40,000 nt of DNA from Paenibacillus tyrfis (GCF_000722545.1 NZ_JNVM01000047.1:12767-52766), one strand, 5' to 3'. Shown: positions 10,801-17,385, counted from the first letter of the stretch. Notes: generated by a model not told the origin, from the sequence alone. Program-made: numbers and translations.

Positions 10801-11064
10801 ATCTTTTAGCCAACGAAGCAGTTCAGATTTCCCTGATCCCGTTGAACCAAATACTAAATAAACCCTGTTGCCATCAGAATCAACTTCTTTGAGTTCTTCC
10901 AGTAATTCGCCTTCCGTAACCTCGGCGATCAGTTGACTATCATTAAATCTATGCATTACTTGAGGGAAATGGGTTTTCCTAAAATACTCAGGCGATTGGT
11001 CGTAACGCTCGTCTGCAGTCCCTACTAAAAGTTTAAGCGAATTTTTGTTGAGACAAGGCATCAT
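7873..11064 (-). CDS. Large P-loop NTPase of 1063 aa. The family is not recognised.
   Basis: Walker A is VFGSTGSGKSELLRWL and Walker B-like is RPLLLIDDLVQS. A long, probably helical C-terminal region follows. The gene overlaps the upstream 258-aa ORF by 32 nt, which suggests coupling. Confidence 0.7.
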   Translation of the reverse strand: MMPCLNKNSLKLLVGTADERYDQSPEYFRKTHFPQVMHRFNDSQLIAEVTEGELLEELKEVDSDGNRVYLVFGSTGSGKSELLRWLKDKWLVEVSERPVIRISRTELNPQTLIKKCLDALDLSLDVCIDEDKWGLLLKKPITLINQMVWTALAESLESDEEIVPAALLLRPIIENNIVEFTSQIKRGKIKKPLEVLHREQFESLLANTTLNISLEYAPFRQTLSRKLDHFLFEGRDIGTLFKQLSQQIKSKGIRPLLLIDDLVQSVNIYATNILDQLITLEEGNWDVVIGLTPGAVQDTEKGFSLTQRIKNLDTINDRVKKLWLSDESGKDFFNLDRKQVIPYMANYLTQLKATQGFKCSPECPYYNQCSSNTLESSNNDSKLSDIEVQLLPFNSHMLRRTYDAIPMGKGKLRYMILNSKEVIRFFLRGKKDISRILPLIRREMFAEHTDVLIKTLAEWYASEEAGKITISEPILKHFGYKDSQIVVKLNSIENSLREEQQFLEEPTRDSNTGFNEKEVVRDWVEGREVNEELLLPVRSGVAALVHDAIKGVHMSRSFTSRTSSTIQRNEVVNRTRYPITLQDNNDESTISVSRGYIAIQIANFQTMKYSEKVKTFQKISNEYEIAKWIHQAESIHEEWLNSLEQALGLKLPVFVYGMKNWVQNARVYSESLWASNVIQYSPFRTELTALLEDCYSDWYLLRDNFFQPPSNAMLTNEEFDRWFRNLTPSNTLENYQIGNTTLRVFLSQLKESYHRYSDLLHESFKQSFQKRTSMIPFLIGSGNLKLIELAGRIKAFSEKKIVTQQDFVTYTLLEQELENQELAAQYKRATTLNDEIKQLTKQFDEMALEVADFLTECNMQTNYERDEAEITEKDEVVWSELEANKASLTTIVQELSSLNNCLALTPRNLVKHLLSLQIKLEVLDHIKNLQFRLANCANRLKKKKLIGSELVTLISEWQSIDFYQLRDWAERKLQHEQTKLHLLQVIRNDLDCEDIGNIYHLLEKINESPQIRPSIKRHVRLLVENGYSTLPPVQWKRLLDEIKEKFPNLFDVVEIRLVVGDNK

Positions 11065-11809
11065 TTAAATCACATCTCCTCTCCACCTTTATCCAATTGA
11101 AGTCATTTTTAGGTCCATATGATTTATAGGGTAAATCTTGCACGTAACTCAACTCCAACGCCCCTTCTTGATGTAACGCCATTAAAGAAAAGATAACCCC
11201 TCTGTATATATTTCCTTCAGATGTTAAGCACGGTATGACCGGATGAATAATATTTTCACAAAATGGATGCAATCCACCCTCCCATGCCTCATTCCCCTTA
11301 ATGATACTTTTCATTAACGAAAGCTGTGGAAGTGCATAGAAACCTGAGTATATACGTCTACCCAATCCCCAGCACTCCATCATTCGCTTCCAGGCATTAA
11401 CTTTCTCGTGCCCGACTAATGTTTTCATTAATTGGCTATTGATTTGATAGTGAATATTACTCACAAACAATCGATCCGGCTTTACAAATAACTGTTCAAA
11501 CAGGGAAGCAAATATTTTATCAAGCGAATCGCTAGGTAGATCTTCAGACATTGAAAGTTCCCTTAACTTAAAAAAAACCTCTTTGTTGCACCATGGCTTG
11601 TCTTGTAGTACAAAAAATTGAGATTTGTCTTTATATACAAACTGTAGATCCTCTAATACGGTCAAGCCGCATTCAATTAAAGATGTAATGTCCCCGTTAT
11701 CACCATACTGAAATCTTGTTTTTAACATCTTTACATCCAGTCCTGGATTAGTTCTTAAATTTTCATAAATCACTTCAATTTCCGGTCCGTAGCACATTTG
11801 AAACAACAT
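11033..11809 (-). CDS. Hypothetical protein of 258 aa with no recognisable motif.
   Basis: This is a long ORF packed into the operon. It overlaps both neighbouring genes, by 35 nt upstream and 32 nt downstream. An alternative start exists at M5 (11797). Confidence 0.55.
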   Translation of the reverse strand: MLFQMCYGPEIEVIYENLRTNPGLDVKMLKTRFQYGDNGDITSLIECGLTVLEDLQFVYKDKSQFFVLQDKPWCNKEVFFKLRELSMSEDLPSDSLDKIFASLFEQLFVKPDRLFVSNIHYQINSQLMKTLVGHEKVNAWKRMMECWGLGRRIYSGFYALPQLSLMKSIIKGNEAWEGGLHPFCENIIHPVIPCLTSEGNIYRGVIFSLMALHQEGALELSYVQDLPYKSYGPKNDFNWIKVERRCDLNDALSQQKFA

Positions 11810-12707
11810 GCTCGCTCCTCCTCTTCTTATTTTCTAAAATATCGTTAAATGTTCTAAGTAAGTGGTAATAGTTATGGATTGATCTTAACTTCATATATTC
11901 TCTTGGGGATGGGACTAATATTTGTCTTGCATCGTTTTCACATACAGGGCATTCACAATGAAGCGGATTTTCCAATCGCGGACTTGTGGGTTTAGCTCGA
12001 GATTCTGAGAGGAAAAAGGTTCTAAATGGCCTGCTGTAGAACACTTGAAAGAACGCAGCTGCCATCGTTGGTCGTGTTGAATCAAATGAGCTTACACCAA
12101 TATCAACCATTGCACTGAGTTGGGGAATTCCTGTTACTCCAAATACATGCAGGTTTGAAGGCCCTACAACATCTGCTGCCCTTCTGATCATTTCAATTTG
12201 CTGGGTCTGATGTTTAAAAAGTAACGATCCAATTCCAAACTTCGTATACCCCATTTTGATCAGTTCATAAGCTGAAAACTCAATACTAGCTTGGTCATAA
12301 CCTTGAATGACTCCCATTGGTTGAACAGATTTCGGAAGATTACATTTATGAAAAATATTGAAATACTCATACGCATTAAATAGCGTTCTTTCTATCGCCA
12401 TGTAACGTTCAGATAAAGAGAACTTATTTAACAATGGTTCGTCAAAATGAACCATTCGAACAATTGCTTCTTTTTCGCAATCTTCTAAGAGCGAGAGTTG
12501 AATATCAAAAACATCTTTTAGCGGAGGCCTAACTTTTTGTTTAACATAAAACACTGACCCACAGTCTAGTATTAGCTTGCTAGGTTTATTTTTATACCTT
12601 TTTACTCCTCCTCTATTGTCTGGTATTGCACTAATTAAAACTGGACATTGAGGAAAGTAATCACAAAATATTGCATCACTATGTGACCAACCAATATAAA
12701 ATTCCAT
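11775..12707 (-). CDS. TGT-fold transglycosylase, DpdA-like, 310 aa.
   Basis: TGT-type motifs are present in the canonical order: ILDCGSVFY (compare DSGGFQ), MGVIQG, GYTKFGIGSL, HVFGVTG and GVSSFDSTRP (the catalytic Asp region). The zinc motif CECPVC is followed by His in IHNYYH. An AGGAG SD sequence lies 8 nt upstream of the ATG. Confidence 0.8.
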   Translation of the reverse strand: MEFYIGWSHSDAIFCDYFPQCPVLISAIPDNRGGVKRYKNKPSKLILDCGSVFYVKQKVRPPLKDVFDIQLSLLEDCEKEAIVRMVHFDEPLLNKFSLSERYMAIERTLFNAYEYFNIFHKCNLPKSVQPMGVIQGYDQASIEFSAYELIKMGYTKFGIGSLLFKHQTQQIEMIRRAADVVGPSNLHVFGVTGIPQLSAMVDIGVSSFDSTRPTMAAAFFQVFYSRPFRTFFLSESRAKPTSPRLENPLHCECPVCENDARQILVPSPREYMKLRSIHNYYHLLRTFNDILENKKRRSEHVVSNVLRTGN

Positions 12708-12731
12708 ATCCTCATCTCCTAGCTCAAATAA

Positions 12732-12768
12732 TATACGTGATTATACGTGATAATTTGATTGTATCACA
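12732..12768 (-). promoter_or_regulatory. Candidate promoter/operator for the DpdA-like operon segment.
   Basis: A perfect tandem 10-mer, tatacgtgat x2, occupies 12732-12751. On the minus strand its junction forms TATAAT (12740-12745), about 33 nt upstream of the ATG. The -35 candidate TGTGAT (12763-12768) is weak. An imperfect palindrome, GTGATA-N9-TATCAC, overlaps the region. Confidence 0.4.
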
Positions 12769-12796
12769 GTTCACCATCACTCATCTACTCTTTGAA

Positions 12797-12825
12797 TATA
12801 AAAAAAAGAAGCCATCAGGCTTCTT
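12797..12825 (-). terminator. Intrinsic terminator immediately after the 264-aa ORF, inside the gene cluster.
   Basis: The stem pairs aagaagcc (12806-12813) with ggcttctt (12818-12825). The 4-nt loop contains the stop codon. On the minus strand the hairpin is followed by a T-run of 8 or more. Confidence 0.7.
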
Positions 12826-13609
12826 TTATCCATTGTCTCCATATTTCATATATTAAATCGCGTTGTGCATCATTAAATTTAAAACTTCCTTTATTAACAA
12901 GTAGCACTGGGTTGTCTCGGTCAAAAAACTGACCATTCCAATTCTCATAATGAAATTCTTCTGTGAGTAGCGGCCGCGGCTGATTGGTTAGATGAGAATC
13001 CTCAGTCCACTGCTCCATGAAATATCTAATATAGCAATACCAGGCAATGGCTGAGTCAGCAATGGATTTTTTTCGAAATTGTTTCCTCTGTGCTACAGGA
13101 AGATATCCTAGTTCAGGATAATGATTCATTATAGATTCAACATATTTAATTAAATCTTTAGCTAATTGAGGACATAGGCTATGTTCAACTCGATACCTTT
13201 GAAAGTCCTTGAAAATATCATGCAGCGATCTAATGGTCATTAATTTTGTGGAGTTGCTGCTTATTTTCTCCCCCTTCTCAATCAACCGCTCAAAACGCTC
13301 ATATGACATTAATTGATGCATACAGTAGCTAGGAAAGTACTGGGTTTCAGATACAATTAGAACGACGTATTCATCACTGATACTGCCGTTGGGCAATTTA
13401 TAAGTAAACCGGGGGTTCGTCACTTGTAACTTATCGTTTAAAAAACTTACCACAGTATCATAATTTACTAAAATGACGTCTTCGCCAACTACATCAGACT
13501 GAATTATAGAAAAACCCCAGTCTTTAATCACACCTAATGGCAGTACAGCAAGATACACGTCACTATTCTTTCTGGTTAAATTTCTTACGTTTTCAAAAGT
13601 AAAAACCAT
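12815..13609 (-). CDS. Hypothetical protein of 264 aa with no recognisable motif.
   Basis: This is a long ORF in operon context. The SD-like sequence GGGGGA lies upstream of the ATG. I saw no ParB/DGQHR, nuclease or methyltransferase motif. Confidence 0.55.
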   Translation of the reverse strand: MVFTFENVRNLTRKNSDVYLAVLPLGVIKDWGFSIIQSDVVGEDVILVNYDTVVSFLNDKLQVTNPRFTYKLPNGSISDEYVVLIVSETQYFPSYCMHQLMSYERFERLIEKGEKISSNSTKLMTIRSLHDIFKDFQRYRVEHSLCPQLAKDLIKYVESIMNHYPELGYLPVAQRKQFRKKSIADSAIAWYCYIRYFMEQWTEDSHLTNQPRPLLTEEFHYENWNGQFFDRDNPVLLVNKGSFKFNDAQRDLIYEIWRQWIKEA

Positions 13610-13623
13610 GGAATTTCCCCCAA

Positions 13624-13664
13624 CGCAAATATGCCTTAGTGTATCACACTAAGGCATATTTGCG
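13624..13664. repeat. Perfect 19-bp inverted repeat with a 3-nt loop, filling most of the 57-bp intergenic gap.
   Basis: The arms are cgcaaatatgccttagtgt and acactaaggcatatttgcg, checked base by base. No U-tract follows on the coding (minus) strand. The hairpin abuts the RBS of the 264-aa ORF. Confidence 0.9.
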
Positions 13665-13666
13665 CA

Positions 13667-15697
13667 CTAATTATTCCACTGTTTTTTTAATTCTTGAATT
13701 TGACTGTAGTAGACATGAGTATTATGAAACCCTCTTCGTCTGTTTCTATTATTACCTCTAAATACAATCACATCGATTCCAATTTCCTTACATATATTAC
13801 AGCCACATTGTTCCCATGGACGTTCAGACAAAACCTCTCTATAGAGATCCTCATGCACTTCGCGCTTCTCCCCTAGAATTTTATCATATTCCAGTATAGC
13901 TTCAAGTGTGGATGATAATTCCCTTTTCCCAGCACTGAATTCCCTTAAAGCGATTAATGCCTCCTGTTCGAGCCTCTTATATTGATCAAACTCAATCTCA
14001 TCATTATTTTGCATCATTTTTTTTACTCTTCCGGACGTTTCTTTTGCTTCAGGTATTCTAATCGCTGTGTAATGTTTACCACTTAAGGTATGATAGTTAT
14101 GTCCAGTTCCTAACCACGCTCTTCTTAAGGGAGAAGATGAGTCAAACGAAGTCACGCCTAGTTTATGGAAGGATTCCATTGTTTTCATATCTCGTGCAAC
14201 TCCAAACAAGTGCATACGAAACGTAGGACTCGGAATAACAGGTGCTATTTCTTTAAGAATTTCATATATTTTTTCAGATTGTTCTCTGGCTAAACCACCC
14301 AAGGCAATATAGTCATAACCTAGTCCAATAAGATGCTCTACTGCTCTACGGAAAGAAGGTGGGTCCCATCCTTGAACTATACCTATCGGATGAAACTGAT
14401 AATTCCTTGTCTCCTTATTCTCCCTATACATCCGTATAAACTCTTCCGCCATAGTAAGGGTTAGTTCATAACGCTGATTTCTTATATTTTCATCTCTTTG
14501 AAAAGGGCCTACTATTAGATGGTCAATTGACACTCCATAATCAAACCCCAGTTTGTGGTAGTAGTCAATGATCTCTTGAGTAGTATAAGGCGGGACTTCT
14601 TTATCAATATAACTAAAGGCACCGCAATCACCCATAATCGGATATTCTCTAGGAAGTCGATAAAATTCGTGCAATCCCATATCTTGAATCATCTGATTTT
14701 TCAACTTTGTAGCATTATCGATGTTCACTTTAGAAACAAGGAGTCCATCAAATTGAGGTCTTTCAAAAATCTGATGAGCGTACACATCGTTTTCTAATGG
14801 ATTTCTATTCTTCTCAGAGAAATCACTCATAAAATCATAATTTGGATCGACCCTATCATCATTCTCTGGAAGATAAAATTTTGGTTCTTCAATGCAATTT
14901 ATAGCAACTAACTCATCTGGCACAGGAAACATTTCATTATAAAACAGTAATAAGTCTTCATTTCCTGATATGTCACTAAAAAGTTCAAGTTGTTTTTTAG
15001 AGGAAATTGAATTGAAAATATACTCTCTAATTTGATTAGGACTATACATAATTGCGTCCCACTTTAGATCAATGTTATCCGAAATGATGCTCTTTAATAA
15101 ATGTGAAAAAAGATAACCCTTGATTCCTATCAAACCATATTTAAATGTCTTAGCTTCTTTTTCCCCAATAGTTAATACATGATAATCGTCCCAATTTAGA
15201 ATCCTAGAACGACTGGATGCTCCAGCAAAAAAGATCGCTTTTTGATTACTTTGTAGCTTTAATGGCCACTCCACTGCTTGCAAATATTTATCTCCAAGTA
15301 AGAAAAAAATAAGATCATAGTCCGCAACTTTTGTTTGCAAAGCTTGTGTAATTTCAAGTTCGCGCGCCCATTTTTTTATAGTCTGCGAGTCCATTGTATT
15401 GAAAGTCACTTCATAGGGAACAATCTGAGAGTTTTCATTCAAAAGACCATAACCCGCTGAAATAATGCATAGGTCAATTTTTCCACCTTGTTGCCGATAT
15501 TCTTTAATACCACTCATTAGAGCAAGGTGCTGACTCCCTGTGTACATTTCATCAGCACGTTCTTTGAATTCCAACAATTCTGCTTCTCTTTGTTTTAATA
15601 CATCTTTATTCTTGAAATCATCGAATACAAGTTGATTTATCGGTTTATGTAACTTCTCTCCAGTACAAGAAGTGACAACAAGAATACGTTTTGACAA
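13667..15697 (-). CDS. Fusion protein of 676 aa. An N-terminal DUF6884/YaaA-like domain is joined to a C-terminal TGT-fold (DpdA-like) transglycosylase.
   Basis: The C-terminal half carries MGDCGAFSY, IGIVQG, GYDYIALGGL, HLFGVA, GVTSFDSSSP and the zinc motif CGCNIC followed by His (FHNTH). The N-terminal ~200 aa carry ILVVTSCTGEK, then MYTG, then CIISAGYGLL...IVPYEVTF...KKWA. From memory, this pattern matches DUF6884 and resembles the YaaA/DUF328 core. The start is TTG, with AAAGGATGGG upstream. Confidence 0.75.
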   Translation of the reverse strand: MSKRILVVTSCTGEKLHKPINQLVFDDFKNKDVLKQREAELLEFKERADEMYTGSQHLALMSGIKEYRQQGGKIDLCIISAGYGLLNENSQIVPYEVTFNTMDSQTIKKWARELEITQALQTKVADYDLIFFLLGDKYLQAVEWPLKLQSNQKAIFFAGASSRSRILNWDDYHVLTIGEKEAKTFKYGLIGIKGYLFSHLLKSIISDNIDLKWDAIMYSPNQIREYIFNSISSKKQLELFSDISGNEDLLLFYNEMFPVPDELVAINCIEEPKFYLPENDDRVDPNYDFMSDFSEKNRNPLENDVYAHQIFERPQFDGLLVSKVNIDNATKLKNQMIQDMGLHEFYRLPREYPIMGDCGAFSYIDKEVPPYTTQEIIDYYHKLGFDYGVSIDHLIVGPFQRDENIRNQRYELTLTMAEEFIRMYRENKETRNYQFHPIGIVQGWDPPSFRRAVEHLIGLGYDYIALGGLAREQSEKIYEILKEIAPVIPSPTFRMHLFGVARDMKTMESFHKLGVTSFDSSSPLRRAWLGTGHNYHTLSGKHYTAIRIPEAKETSGRVKKMMQNNDEIEFDQYKRLEQEALIALREFSAGKRELSSTLEAILEYDKILGEKREVHEDLYREVLSERPWEQCGCNICKEIGIDVIVFRGNNRNRRRGFHNTHVYYSQIQELKKQWNN

Positions 15698-15728
15698 AAA
15701 AATCCCATCCTTTACTCACACCAATATA

Positions 15729-15752
15729 AAATAGGGCGAGAACGCCCTATTT
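15729..15752 (-). terminator. Terminator-like hairpin overlapping the stop codon of the transporter gene.
   Basis: The stem pairs aaatagggcg with cgccctattt (10 bp) around a 4-nt loop. It is followed by tatatt on the minus strand. The U-tract is weak, so termination may be only partial. Confidence 0.5.
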
Positions 15753-16265
15753 CCAAACAACTTTTGCATGCTTTAAAAAAATTTTTTTCACAATAATTGC
15801 AGCAAATAATTGAACCAATGTCTTAACAATGATTTGACCAACAATCGCCAGAAATACAGCATTCCAGGGAAGAATATTGGCCCCCAATGGTGATAGTCCC
15901 ACAACAACAAAAATAATACTATCTAGTATTCCTCCAACAATACCACTGTATGCTACCCTCATATGAAAAGGTAGTTTAAGGCGTGAATAAATTTCTGTAT
16001 CTGTAGTCTCGGATACCGCAAATGTAATGATTGAAGCAAATACAATCCAAAGTGTATCCCCAAGTAAATATGATGTTAATGCCGATAAAACCATTGCTAT
16101 TAAAATGAGTAAATAGGTCTTCCGCCTACCAACAAAATTTTGCACAAAATCGCGGAATATAAATGTTGCCCCTATTATAAATGTCCCTGCCGGAATAATA
16201 AAGGGTCCAATAAAAAATGGGGGTATTCCTGCTGTTACGACATTTGAAGAAATAATAGCCAGCAA
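15747..16265 (-). CDS. Queuosine-precursor (preQ0/preQ1) transporter of the YhhQ/VUT family. This is a short form.
   Basis: The protein is polytopic and hydrophobic. GATFIFRDFVQNFVGRR resembles the YhhQ core (compare FLxTDxxxExYG), and GGILDSIIFVVVG resembles the C-terminal family motif. The listed start is TTG. An in-frame ATT at 16292 has a better-placed SD sequence (AAGAGG, 16302-16307). An in-frame stop at 16299-16301 caps the N-terminus. Confidence 0.65.
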   Translation of the reverse strand: MLAIISSNVVTAGIPPFFIGPFIIPAGTFIIGATFIFRDFVQNFVGRRKTYLLILIAMVLSALTSYLLGDTLWIVFASIITFAVSETTDTEIYSRLKLPFHMRVAYSGIVGGILDSIIFVVVGLSPLGANILPWNAVFLAIVGQIIVKTLVQLFAAIIVKKIFLKHAKVVWK

Positions 16266-16474
16266 ATAAGCTACAATTGTTAAATATTTAATTTTACATC
16301 ACCTCTTCAATTCAATCCATCATTAATTATAACACCACTTTTTGTTCCGAGCTACCCTTGCCAAGCTAATTAATTTATCCAATCATTGGCTAGCTTGAAG
16401 GTACAGGGCAACATCTTGTTCTACTTGATAATCTATCAAATCGAGTTATTTTAGGAAGGGTATAAATACAATAG

Positions 16475-17045
16475 TTATCTTACTCTCCCATACATCACCC
16501 GCTTATCCCCATCAAACAAATTCCGACAAACCACCTGCCCACGCCTGGAGGATGCATCGACCGCCTAGCCATTCCCTGCATAAATACCTACATGCGTAAT
16601 ATCCATAAAACGACCATTCTGTTCATAACTCCAGAAGACCAAATCACCTGTTGCTAAATCTTCATATTGTATTGCCATCTCATTTTCTAAATATAACGTG
16701 CCTGCTCCGCTGCAGTGCGCGGCAACTGAATATTTAGCTGCTTATAAACCCATTGCACAAGGTAACTACAATCTGTGTAGCGATCCTGCCCCGCCTTCGG
16801 CTGGCTATACGGATCACCCAAGCGAGATCAATGCCAGCTTAACAGCCTCAACGCCTCGCTCCTCCTCTGACAAATCACGATAAACAAGTTCAAGCTGTTC
16901 CTGAGATAATCCTGTGTCGCTGTCCTTGCCCAAAAGTGCAAACATAAGTGGTCTGAACTCCTCTGACAACAGCTCCTCCATAAGTGAATCCTGAAGCTGT
17001 AGGCTGCTGATTGCTCATCTGCTGTTCGGCTGGTAATGGTTTTAT
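16475..17045 (-). pseudogene. Decayed NlpC/P60 cell-wall hydrolase gene of the type found on conjugative elements.
   Basis: The minus-strand translation gives LGDPYSQPKAGQDRYTDCSYLVQWVYKQLNIQLPRTAAEQARY in one frame. It gives ENEMAIQYEDLATGDLVFWSYEQNGRFMDITHVGIYAGNG-stop-AVDAS in another. That is at least two frameshifts plus a premature stop. The 5' limit is approximate. Confidence 0.65.
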
Positions 17046-17155
17046 CGTATCATGGTTAAAAGGAACTACGAAGAATTTCTTTCATTAATATAAAAAAAGA
17101 ACAGCCCAATTTGTCTGACTGTTCACTCTACATCTGTAATCTCTGCTCAATGCGC

Positions 17156-17269
17156 TCATCCCATTGAGGAGAATCCGACCGATATGTTATTGAAAATACT
17201 AATCCCTAGCCGATCAACGATGAGATTACAAATTGTACTTTTTCCGCTGCTATTGTTACCCGCAAAGAC
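17156..17269 (-). pseudogene. Orphan P-loop fragment, a gene remnant.
   Basis: The minus strand reads VFAGNNSSGKSTICNLIVDRLGISIF, which includes a Walker A motif. The fragment is bounded by an in-frame stop upstream and another 38 codons later, and it has no start codon. Confidence 0.35.
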
Positions 17270-17385
17270 TTACATCATTGGAATCGTTTCATGCATACGA
17301 GATATCCGGGTCACCTGTTGATTTCCTTTCCCAAAAACAACCACCCCCATTCCGATTCGTAGAACTGGCTTCCGGGCTCCCCTTG

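Noticed and set aside
16266-16480. I searched for a preQ1 riboswitch upstream of the YhhQ-like transporter gene. The string gttccgagctaccc (about 16343-16356) superficially resembles the GGUUC..AGCUAC.CCC loop region of preQ1-I.
   Set aside because: The string is on the plus strand while the gene is on the minus strand. No P1 stem or A-rich CUA tail can be drawn around it. The minus strand here looks instead like an extended -10 promoter (TGtTATAAT). No riboswitch-like element was seen upstream of queC either.
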